A stretch of 11,549 bases of DNA from Octopus sinensis (Eukaryota). The stretch is from the NCBI RefSeq assembly GCF_006345805.1, contig NW_021826951.1, positions 1-11,549 of the forward strand, written 5' to 3'. Below the pieces are notes generated by a model. The model searched no databases. It had not been told where the DNA came from and worked only from the letters and a program-made list of their open reading frames with translations. This document shows positions 1 to 8,906 of the stretch, piece after piece. Both the position numbers and the translations under genes were made by a program. Position 1 is the first letter of the stretch. Each line of letters begins with the position of its first letter.

Positions 1-64
1 TGCATTTGTTTTAATCTTCCCTACAAAATAACCAAATGCTTTTTCTGTTTAAATTGTCATTTTG

Positions 65-66
<2 letters not shown>

Positions 67-100
<34 letters not shown>

Positions 101-245
101 TGTGTTTGAATATATGTATGTATGCACGTGCATATGTATGTACACAGGTATGTATAAAGTGGACTTTCCCGTGATTATTTTTAAAAGCATATGATGTTAT
201 TTTATCAATTATAATGAATGTGTGTGTGGTGTGTGTGTGTGTGCG
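67..245. repeat. (TG)n microsatellites and RY-alternating tract
   Basis: (TG)n at about 67-104 and 218-245. Confidence 0.9.
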
Positions 246-981
246 TGCTCTATAGAATGATAATCTAAATGATTTCAATATTCATTTTAAAATAATTATG
301 GAAAAAAAACCCTCTTCTCAATGTTCATTCTATTTCCATGTTAAATATGTCTTGAAAAATAGGCAAAAATATGAATGAAAGGTCATGTTTGGCTTCACTG
401 TGAAATGAATGTAGATGATTTGAATGTATCACAAATGTTTAATTACATATGGATGATGGGTGTTGTAGAAATACGAGAGAAAGTAAGAGCCACTTTTAAT
501 GCATTAGAATATTTAGTTTTCTCCTTCTTGTGCTCAATTCTTTTTGTGGCGGTTTATTTTCTATTTTTCTGATGATTAAAAATAAGTACCAGCAACATAC
601 TGTAAACAGTTGAATTTGTAAGTAATTTTTCCCCCCTGTAAATAAAAATTGGGTTTACAGTTTTTCTTTCATCAAGGAAAGTCAATATCTGTAGTAAAAT
701 GACAAAATCCACTCAAAAATGTAAATTCCCTTTTAGTCATTTACCTTAAAGAAAATTTTCTTTAAAACAAGTCATTTTTAAGGAAGATTTTTTTTTTTTT
801 AGATTTCTTTGTTGTCAGAACATCATTGCTTTCAGTACGGTCCTCATTTAATCAATATTTATGATTCAAACAATTAATCTTTATATTTCATATTCATTAA
901 ATGATTTATGTTGATTCGTGTTCCTAGAAATAGGCTGGAAAATGTCTCTATGAAGAAAATATTCTGTTTCACTTCTGAGCA

Positions 982-1146
982 TCAGTCATTGACAGGAAGG
1001 TTTTTGTCCAAATTATAATCTGTAGATAAACCAGATAAACTTGTGTTTATGGTTGCAACTGCCAAATACTTGTCAGAGTGCCTTAATTGAGGTTCTAAGT
1101 TTTTCATCTCAAAAGTGTGAGACTTATTGTGCAGGATGCTGCCGAA
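982..1146 (-). CDS. Possible terminal coding exon of an unidentified host gene (FGSILHNKSHTFEMKNLEPQLRHSDKYLAVATINTSLSGLSTDYNLDKNLPVND*)
   Basis: On the minus strand a pyrimidine tract and acceptor (ttttggtttctatattttttcag, ending at 1147) is followed in phase 0 by 54 open codons and TGA. The sequence is non-repetitive, with AT-rich UTR-like DNA downstream. No protein family recognised. Confidence 0.4.
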   Translation of the reverse strand, partial: FGSILHNKSHTFEMKNLEPQLRHSDKYLAVATINTSLSGLSTDYNLDKNLPVND

Positions 1147-1592
1147 CTGAAAAAATATAGAAACCAAAATGACAAACATTTTCTGAAGTAATGAGTAGTT
1201 TCAAATGAAAAATGACATTGAAATACATTAATTTTATTATTCCACCTTCATTTTTAATGTTAAACTTTCTCTTGTGATATTAAAGATTCTCTTATCTCAA
1301 TTTAGCAATCACCTCCTATAATAAGCTCAAAACTGTTAAATCTAAAAATCAGATAGCTATTTTCTAAATTTAGTTTGCTTATTGAAAATATTAACAAATT
1401 TTATTCAGTGTTTTAGAATCCACTTTAATCTTTTCATTCTAAAGAGATTGAAAGACTAAGTATATTGTATTGGCTAAAAGAAGGAAAACTAAATTTCCCA
1501 AAATATATTTTGAGCTGGTGAATTTTTCTAAACAAAGAATGTGATTCAAATAAGATACAATTCTCAAAATTGCAATTCATCATCAATATAAA

Positions 1593-1800
1593 GTGTGTGT
1601 GCGTGTGTATGTGTGTGTGTGTGCATGTGTCTGTGTGTGTGTGTGTTTGTGCGTGTGTGTGAGTGTGCATGCATGCATGTGTGCGTTGTGTGCGTGTACA
1701 TATATATGTATGTATATGCATGTATATATACATGTGTATGGATATATGTGTGTGTGTACATATAAGAGAGAGACAGACAGACAGAGAGAAAGAGAAAGAT
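1593..1800. repeat. Compound (TG)n/(TA)n/(GA)n microsatellite
   Basis: Direct observation. Confidence 0.95.
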
Positions 1801-1859
1801 ATAAACCATTGGACACTTGATCAGATACAAATGTGTAAATTTAATATGCTTTCACTTTC

Positions 1860-2680
1860 TTATGAAAAACCTAAAGTCCAAAAACTGATGACTAAAATAA
1901 TATTCGATGTCCTTGATGTGTGACCATCTAAATATTTTGTTGGAGGATGAAAGAATGTGCTTAACTGCTTCCTATACAGCAAGTTTCATTGAAAATCTTG
2001 TAGATTTGCAACTCACAAAAGGCATTTCAAATGGAGCAGAAGGTAAAAGGTAAAGACAAAGATCGAATTGATGCTCCATCCTTCTTGAGCATACGGTTGA
2101 GCTCAAAGATGATACAGGATTCAAAAGAGAAGCTAATAAAAAGACTGGCCGTGTTCATCTTAGATTTTTCCAGTGCAGAAGATCATATATGCTTGGCTAT
2201 GCCTATTTCTTTACTACCCACAAGGGGCTAAACACAGAGAGGACAAACAAGGACAGACAAACGGATTAAGTCGATTATATTGACCTCAGTGCGTAACTGG
2301 TACTTATTTAAGTGACCCCGAAAGGATGAAAGGCAAAGTCGACCTCGGTGGAATTTGAACTCAGAACGTAACGGCAAACGAAATACTGCTAAGCATTTCG
2401 CCCAGCATGTTAACATTTCTGCCAGCTCGCCACCTTAATATGCTTGGCTATACCTGTTAGTGATAAGGCAAGTGGTGTTATATAGATAAAACGCAGCTGG
2501 CAAAAGAACCCAAGAAGTTACTGAAAAAGTATTAGGGATTTCTTTCAACACAAACTCAAGTCCTAGATGGCATTGTGGTGCTTATAAGCTTCTTGAGGAG
2601 CAGCTTAAATGCAAAGTTCCTTGGTTTACTTCTAGCTATCACCTTTAGGAGAAAACCTTCATGCGTGTACGTTGAATTAT
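1860..2680 (+). pseudogene. Decayed DNA-transposon transposase relic (hAT-superfamily/hATm-like DDE), interrupted by a SINE
   Basis: Removing the SINE gives LSIRLSSKMIQDSKEKLIKRLAVFILDFSSAEDHICLAIPVSDKASGV. In another frame, 2523-2645 reads EKVLGISFNTNSSPRWHCGAYKLLEEQLKCKVPWFTSSYHL*. These are collinear with the remembered motif series HWDGK..RLAV..LL(G/A)IP..GTG..FDTTxSNTG..GAC..LE..LLWLACRHH. Stops and frameshifts are present and the boundaries are approximate. Confidence 0.65.
2201..2437 (-). mobile_element. SINE family B, copy 1
   Basis: Near-identical to 3891-4120 and to the inverted copy at 4888-5121. 14-bp TSD atatgcttggctat at 2187-2200 and 2438-2451. Confidence 0.92.
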
Positions 2681-3353
2681 TTAGTAAGAAAACATTTCTA
2701 AGTAATAAGTTAGTCAAGATTCTTTTGATTAAATGAGAAAACTTAAATAAAATTAAAATGTACCAAGTGTTGCCTATAATGATTAGTAAATGTGCTAATT
2801 AGATATTTCATAGTTTAGAGATTGTTACTGCTGATTAAAGACAGAATATATTATTCTGGTTTATAAACTACCTTTTGAAAAGCAAATCTAAGTTGATTCA
2901 AGTTGAAGTAGTAGAAACACAGTTTGTTCTCGTGAAAACTTACATGATTATGTTCTGGTTATATTTTATAATCATTCTCTAACACATAAAAGGTAACTGC
3001 TACACAACAATAAAACTATCTTTCTTTTTTTTTAACGACACAAAATGCAGCAAACAGGACAGAGATTAAATATAGATAAAAGAATCAAAGTACTCAATTC
3101 TTAAAAAACAGATCAAGTTTGGAATCCAAGGGGACGGAGTCAAAACTTTAAACTTATCCCTTTACTCATAAGGCACTACAGTAATGATGAATGAATCTGA
3201 TATGATTTTTTGGTTATTTGTTACCAGATGAAATATAAAATAATTCAAATGGTATGCCCAAACATATATGTGCATGTATGTACTATACTTAAGTACTTCC
3301 ATTCATACATTTATATATACATATATAAATATACATATATATATATAAACTTA

Positions 3354-3512
3354 GGTGCAGGAGTGGCTGTGTGGTAAGTAGCTTGCTTACCAACCACATG
3401 GTTCTGAGTTCAGTCCCACTGCATGGCACTTTGGGCAAGTGTCTTCTACTATAGACTCGGGCCGACCAAAGCCTTGTGAGTGGATTTGGTAGACGGAAAC
3501 TGAAAAAAGCCC

Positions 3513-3547
<35 letters not shown>

Positions 3548-3744
3548 TGTGTCTGTGTTTGTCCCCGCCACCATCACTTGACAACCAATGTCGGTGTGTT
3601 TACGTTCCCATAGCTTAGCAGTTTGGTAAAAGAGACCAATAAAATAAGTACTAGGCTTAAGTCCTAGGGTTGATTTGCTCGACTAAAGGCGATGCTCCAG
3701 CATGGCCGTAGTCAAATGACTGAAACAAACAAAAGGATAAAAGA
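3354..3744 (+). mobile_element. tRNA-derived SINE family A, copy 1
   Basis: A-box-like TGGCTGTGTGG, B-box-like GTTCAGTCCC, CORE-like ggcac(c/t)ttgggcaagtgtctt, internal (TG)n and a taaaag-repeat tail. Multi-copy in the window. Confidence 0.92.
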
Positions 3745-3797
3745 ATAACTGAACTGATGATCAAAAATTAAAAAAATTGTAGGGGAAAGTGAATGGA

Positions 3798-3890
3798 TAC
3801 ATACACACACACACACACACACACATAAACACATGTATACATATTCACACATATACGTATATATGTGTATGCACATTCACATGTGTATAT
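3798..3890. repeat. (CA)n/(TA)n microsatellite
   Basis: Direct observation. It continues after the SINE B insertion to about 4162. Confidence 0.9.
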
Positions 3891-4120
3891 ATTTCTTTAC
3901 TGCCCACAAGGGGCTAAACACAGAGGGGACAAACAAGGACAGACAATCGGCTTAAGTCGATTACATCAACCCCAGTGCGTAACTGGTACTTAATTTATCG
4001 ACCCCGAAAGGATGAAAGGCAAAGTCGACCTCGGAGGAATTTGAACCCAGAACATAACGGCAGACGAAATACGGCTACGCATTTCGCCCGGTGTGCTAAC
4101 GTTTCTGCCAGCTCGCCGCC
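3891..4120 (-). mobile_element. SINE family B, copy 2
   Basis: Homologous to the other B copies. 15-bp TSD ttca(c/t)atgtgtatat at 3876-3890 and 4121-4135 (1 mismatch). Confidence 0.92.
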
Positions 4121-4394
4121 TTCATATGTGTATATGTATGCTCACATGTATTCACATACACATTTATACTGCATCATTTTAGTTTAAGATAATAGACAAT
4201 ATTAAAATTTCAATTATTTTATATGTAAACTGTCAAACCGCCATCAGGTTATTTGAAATTTTACTTGTAATATATGAGAGTTTATTCATAGGAGAAAATA
4301 AAGAATAAAAAAAATTACGTTTCATCCAGTTAATATCTATTTCCCGTTTCATTCTAATTTTTCATAACTTCGTCATTAAAGCATAAAATTGTTT

Positions 4395-4811
4395 AGAGTA
4401 GGAGTGGCTGTGTGGTAAGTAGCTTGCTAACCAACCACATGGTTCCGGGTTCAGTCCCACTGCATGGCACCTTGGGCAAGTGTCTTCTGCTATAGCCTCG
4501 GGCCGACCAATGCCTTGTGAGTGGATTTGGTAGACGGAAACTGAAAGAAGCCTGTCGTATATGTGTATATATATATATGTGTGTGTATATGTTTGTGTGC
4601 CTGTGTTTGTCCCCCTAGCATTGCTTGACAACTGATGCTGGTGTGTGGGTAAGTCCCCGTCACTTAGCGGTTCGGCAAAAGAGACCGATAGAATAAGTAC
4701 TGGGCTTACAAAGAATAAGTCCCGGGGTCGATTTGCTGAACTAAAGGTGGTGCTCCAGCATGGCCGCAATCAAATGACTGAAACAAGTAAAAGAGTAAAA
4801 GTGTAAAAGAG
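4395..4811 (+). mobile_element. SINE family A, copy 2 (essentially full length)
   Basis: Full alignment to the other A copies, with a (gtaaaaga)n-type tail. Confidence 0.93.
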
Positions 4812-4887
4812 TATTTCTACACCCTTTTGTCATATATATTGCTCATAGGTGCAGGCATAGCTGTGTGGTAAGAAGCTTGCTTCCCAA

Positions 4888-5121
4888 GGCCGTGAGTTGG
4901 CAGAAACGTTAGCACGCCAGGCAAAATGCTTAGCGTATTTCGTCTGCCACTACATTCTAAGTTCAAATTCCACCGAGGTTAACTTTGCCATTTATCCTTT
5001 TGGGGTCGATTAAATAAGTACCAGTTATGCACTGGGATCGATATAAGCAACTTAATCTATTTGTCAGTCCTTGTTTTTCCCTCTGTGTGTGGGCCCCTTG
5101 TGGACAGTAAAGAAATAAGGG
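4888..5121 (+). mobile_element. SINE family B, copy 3, inserted into the head of SINE A copy 3
   Basis: 13-bp TSD gcttgcttcccaa at 4875-4887 and 5122-5134. Confidence 0.92.
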
Positions 5122-5456
5122 GCTTGCTTCCCAACCACATGATTCCAGGTTCAGTCCCACTGTGTGACACCTTGGGAAGGTGTCTTCTACTATAATACTG
5201 GGTCGATCAAAGCCTTGTGGGTGAATTTGGTAAACAGAAACTGAAAGAAGCTCATTGTATATGCATGTGTGTGTATGTGTGTGCATGCACGTGTGTCTGT
5301 GTGTATGTGAGAGATATTTTCTGTGTTTGTCCCTCAACACTGCTTGACAACCGTTGTTGGTGTATTTACTTCTCTGTAAGTCAGCTGTTTAGCCAAAGAG
5401 ACATGTAGAATAAGAGAGTATTGTAGTTCGCTTGAAGCGTTGTGTATTGTTTGTAA

Positions 5457-5839
5457 GTGGAGGCGCAATGGCCCAGTGGTTAGGGCAGCGGACTCGCTGT
5501 CGTAGGATCGCGGTTTCGCTTCCCAGACCGGGCGTTGTGAGTGTTTATTGAGCGAACACCTAAAGCTCCAGGAGGCTCGGCAGGGGATGGTGGTGATCCC
5601 TGCTGTACTCTTTCACACCACTTTTTTTCTTACTCTTACTTCCTGTTTCTGTTGTACCTGTATTTCAAAGGTCCCGGCTTGTCACTCTCTGTGTCATGCT
5701 GAATATCCCCGAGAACTACGTTAAGGGTACACGTGTCTGTGGAGTGCTCAGCCACTTACACGTTAATTTCACGAGCAGGCTGTTCCGTTGATTCGGATCA
5801 ACCAGAACCCTTGTCGTCGTAACCGACGGAGTGCTTCCA
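5457..5839 (+). mobile_element. tRNA-derived SINE family C, full length
   Basis: tRNA-like head with A box TGGCCCAGTGG (5469-5479) and B-box-like GGTTTCGCTTCC (about 5512-5523). CpG-rich body. Perfect 11-bp TSD attgtttgtaa at 5446-5456 and 5840-5850. Confidence 0.9.
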
Positions 5840-5927
5840 ATTGTTTGTAAAAAATATAAAGTTTTGAATGGTACAACAACGGACTATAATACAAACAACG
5901 GGCTATATACCTGTTGTAATTTAACCA

Positions 5928-5984
5928 TCCATAGTCCGATGATATTTCGGAATAAAATTCCTTCTTTAGATATTTTTAGATGGA
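5928..5984 (-). ncRNA. Minimal type I hammerhead ribozyme motif, core-mutated copy
   Basis: Minus strand reads CTAAAGA-a-GGAAT-ttt-ATTCC-GAAA-TA-TC. Helix II is perfect but the core has G5A. Confidence 0.55.
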
Positions 5985-6068
5985 GTCACGGCTATAATCA
6001 GTTTTCCAACGGGTTTTTTTTTTTCCGGAAAAAAGAAAAGCCGTTGGAAAACCAATTATAGCAACAAC

Positions 6069-6125
6069 TCCATCTAAAAATATCTGAAGAAGGTATTTTA
6101 TTCCGAAATATCATCGGACTATGGA
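6069..6125 (+). ncRNA. Minimal type I hammerhead ribozyme motif with intact core
   Basis: CTGAAGA (6084-6090), A, helix II GGTAT-ttt-ATTCC (6092-6104), GAAA (6105-6108), palindromic ATAT in place of helix III, predicted AUC cleavage after 6112. Helix I is weak: 2 bp plus tccat/atgga across an internal loop. Confidence 0.65.
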
Positions 6126-6148
6126 TGACCCAATTACAACAGGTATAT

Positions 6149-6945
6149 TCTTTTTCTTTTTTTTCCTTTTTACTTGTTTCAGTCATTTGACTGAGCCATG
6201 CTGGAGCACCACCTTTAGTCGAGCAAATCGACCCCCAGGATTTATTCTTTGTAAGCCCAGTACTTATTCTATCGGTCTCTTTTGGCGAACCACTAAGTGA
6301 CGGGGACGTAAACACACCAGCATCGGTTGTCAAGAAATGCTAGAGGGACAAACACAGACACACAAACAACACACACACACACACACACAATATATATATA
6401 TACTAGCAGTATCGCCCGGCGTTGCTCGGTTTGTAAGGGAAATAACTATAAAGCATTTTTAGAGAGTTAAGCCAAAAAATAGCAAAAAAATGGAAAAAAA
6501 ATGATGGTAAATTTTTTTGAGAGTTAAAAGGGTCGAGTTGCGTCCCCTAGACAGTCTGTGGTTGTTGTTTCTGATTCTCGACCCCATGTCGAATTTATCG
6601 ATTTTTTCAGAACTGGGGGGAACTTTTCACAATTTTCGCTTGCGTTAGTTTTGAATTATGACATTGGGCTATGTGTGGTCAAGTTTCATCAGAATCGGTT
6701 GAAAGCCGTGGTCAGGGAGAGGGTACAAGCAACAGACACACAGAAACACGCACAGACAAACTGCCGTTTATATATAGAGAGATATACATATATACGACAG
6801 GCTTCTTTCAGTTTCCGTCTACCAAATCCACTCACAAGGCTTTGGTCGGCCCGGGGCTATAGTAGAAGACACTCGCCCAAGATGCCACGCAGTGGGACTG
6901 AACCCGGAACCATGTGGCTACTTACCACACAGCCACTCCTGTGCC
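6149..6945 (-). mobile_element. SINE family A, copy 4, inserted in the right arm of foldback 1 and itself interrupted by a Helitron
   Basis: Reverse complement of family A at 6149-6402 and 6783-6945. Short atat duplication at 6145-6148 and 6947-6950. Confidence 0.9.
6403..6782 (-). mobile_element. Non-autonomous Helitron (380 bp)
   Basis: On the minus strand it begins TC (6782) and ends CTAG (6406-6403), with a subterminal GC hairpin ccgagcaacgccgg. Inserted between A and T with no TSD. A short tgtc/tgtg repeat lies near the 5' end, as in Lep1-type elements. Confidence 0.85.
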
Positions 6946-6975
6946 CATATAGTCCATTTTTTTGCATTATAGTGC

Positions 6976-7005
6976 ATTGTTGTACCATTCATTGTTGTAC
7001 CATTC
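6976..7005 (+). repeat. 15-bp tandem duplication attgttgtaccattc x2
   Basis: Direct observation. The opposite arm of the foldback has a single copy. Confidence 0.95.
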
Positions 7006-7629
7006 AAAACTTTTTATTCTTTATATAGAATAAGCACCAGATTCAAAACAAAAAAACAAGTTCTAGGGTTGATTCCTTTGACAAAGAATTCTTCATGATG
7101 GTTCCTTAGCATCATCGCAGCCTGAAACAGGTGAAAAAGTATCATCAGAATATTCTTCATTATGTCATATCTACTCGGTTGCTTCAATTTTAGTCGAAAA
7201 TATTTGATGTGGTCTAGTTCTTAACTTCACTCCAGTTTCTTCTTTATTTTTCGTAATAGTGTAGGTTGGATAGATCTACACAACTACCTTTGATATACTA
7301 TCTCTTTTACTTTTTTATTTATTTATTTATTTATTTCAGTCATTTGACTGCAGCCATGCTGGGGCACCACCTTTAGTCGAGCAAATCGACTCCAGGACTT
7401 AATGTTTGTAAACTTAGTACATATTCTTCTATCAGTCTCTTTTACCGACGCGCTAAGTTATGGAGAAGTAAACACACCAGCATCGGTTGTCAAGCGATGT
7501 TGGAGGGGGGGCAAACACAGACACACAAACATATACACACACATACATATATTTAAAATGTGACCGCGTGTGTACCGTTGGTGATTTTATTCCTCCGTCT
7601 TCCCTTCCTTGAATCTTTCCTTTTTCTAT

Positions 7630-7664
7630 GTTTCTGACAAAGAGCTCCGCTCGAAACGTTAAAC
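7630..7664 (+). ncRNA. Degenerate minimal type I hammerhead ribozyme motif
   Basis: GTTT-CTGACAA-a-GAGC-tcc-GCTC-GAAA-CG-TT-AAAC. Helix I gttt/aaac, helix II gagc/gctc, palindromic ACGT at helix III. One core change (G8A, at a CpG). Confidence 0.65.
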
Positions 7665-7918
7665 CCTCCTTCTTTCCTTCCTTTCCTGAGTGTCCACTAA
7701 CACTATACTTGTTCCACGTCCTCACGCTGTTGTGTTTTCTCTTTATGTTTTCATGTTTGTATAAACTATATATACATATATATATATGTATGTGTATATA
7801 TATATATATATATATATAAAGTTAATCCAAACAAGAAAACACAAAAAAACACAACAACGCGAGGACGTGGAACGAATATAGTATTATTGGACACTCAGGA
7901 AAGAAGGGAAGAAGGAGG

Positions 7919-7953
7919 GTTTAACGTTTTGAGCGGAGCTCTTTGTCGGAAAC
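7919..7953 (-). ncRNA. Degenerate minimal hammerhead motif (second arm)
   Basis: Minus strand reads GTTT-CCGACAA-a-GAGC-tcc-GCTC-AAAA-CG-TT-AAAC. Helices are preserved but there are three core changes. Confidence 0.5.
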
Positions 7954-8471
7954 ATAAGAGAAGGAAAGATCCAGAGAAGGGAAGACAGAGGAAAAAAATC
8001 GCCAACAGTACACACGAGGTCACATATACATATATGCAACGGGCTTCTTTCAGTTTCTGTCTACCAAATCCACTCACAAGGCTTTGGTCAGCCCAAAGCT
8101 ATAGTAGAAGACACTTGCCCAAGGTGCCATGCAGTGGGACTGATCCCGGAACCATGTGGTTGGTAAACAAGCTACTTACCACACAGCCATTTCTACCCCT
8201 CGAAACTTTTTCTATATTTATTGTTTTCGGTAAGATGGTACATAACTGTCTAAATTCATGCATGTCTAGGCTTCTACAATATTAGTTACTGATTAATATT
8301 TAGAATGCTGACATTTAACTTATGTCACAATTTGCAAAGACTAGCAGAGCTAGTTATGCGTTCCCATGGGGCTAATAACTGATTAACTGTATTTGTAATG
8401 GCAAGAGTGACAATGAAATATGTTTGCAGCTCAGTGGACCTAGTGTATTAGGGAAGAGTGGGGGGGTGTAA

Positions 8472-8873
8472 TGTGTGTGTGTGTGTGTGTGTGTATCTCA
8501 AAATGTATAATAAATATATGTATGCCTGCATGTTCATGTGTATCTGTGTAAAAATGTATGCATACATATATTTATATATACAGACATACACATATATACA
8601 TTTGTATGTGTGTATATATATATGTGTGTGTACATACATATATATATATAATACATATATATATGAATGTGCATATGTATATGTATATATGAATGTATGC
8701 ATATATATATATATAGAGAGAGAGAGAGAGGAGATATACATACATATATACACACATATATATATATACAAATATACATACGTACATATGTACATACATA
8801 AATATATATAGATATATATATATATATATATTCTATATATATAATATATATATATATAATATATATATCACCC

Positions 8874-8906
<33 letters not shown>
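8472..8906. repeat. Long compound (TG)n/(TA)n/(GA)n microsatellite
   Basis: Direct observation. Confidence 0.95.

Larger units (their letters stand above)
5905..6148. repeat. 244-bp spacerless inverted repeat (core of foldback element 1)
   Basis: Two 122-bp arms with no indels and about 14 mismatches by manual count. Confidence 0.97.
5415..7025. mobile_element. Foldback element 1: palindromic non-autonomous element of about 400 bp once inserts are removed, hammerhead motif in each arm, probably Penelope-like-derived
   Basis: Spacerless palindrome 5905-6148 centred on cc|gg (6026/6027). The arms continue at 5846-5904 and 6951-7025. 9-bp TSD tagaataag at 5406-5414 and 7026-7034. Confidence 0.8.
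4848..7138 (+). mobile_element. SINE family A, copy 3 (more diverged), split into 4848-4887, 5122-5414 and 7026-7138 by nested insertions
   Basis: The three pieces are collinear with the family A sequence. Junctions are marked by TSDs gcttgcttcccaa and tagaataag. The head variant aagaagcttgcttccc differs from aagtagcttgcttacc in the other copies. Confidence 0.82.
7553..8025. mobile_element. Foldback element 2: inverted arms of about 210 bp around a (TA)n spacer, hammerhead-like motif in each arm
   Basis: Arms 7558-7767 and about 7819-8025, with termini atgtgacc...ggtcacat. Spacer 7768-7818. Candidate 10-bp TSD atacatatat at 7543-7552 and 8026-8035 (low complexity). Confidence 0.85.
7302..8198 (-). 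mobile_element. SINE family A, copy 5, interrupted by foldback element 2
   Basis: Reverse complement of family A at 7302-7552 and 8026-8198. Confidence 0.9.

Noticed and set aside
599-661. 9-bp inverted repeat actgtaaac/gtttacagt
   Set aside because: Too short in AT-rich DNA to distinguish from chance, and there is no TSD.
5457-5530. tRNA gene
   Set aside because: It is the tRNA-derived head of a TSD-flanked SINE. The cloverleaf and B box are imperfect.
5831-6333. Similar peptides on opposite strands (IHSPMIFRNKIPS)
   Set aside because: A consequence of the DNA palindrome, with no evidence of coding function.
3387-8285. Recurring ORF peptides such as SVSVYQIHSQG.GRP and ASFSF.LPNPLTRLWSA, which look like a gene family
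   Set aside because: They are antisense translations of SINE family A copies.
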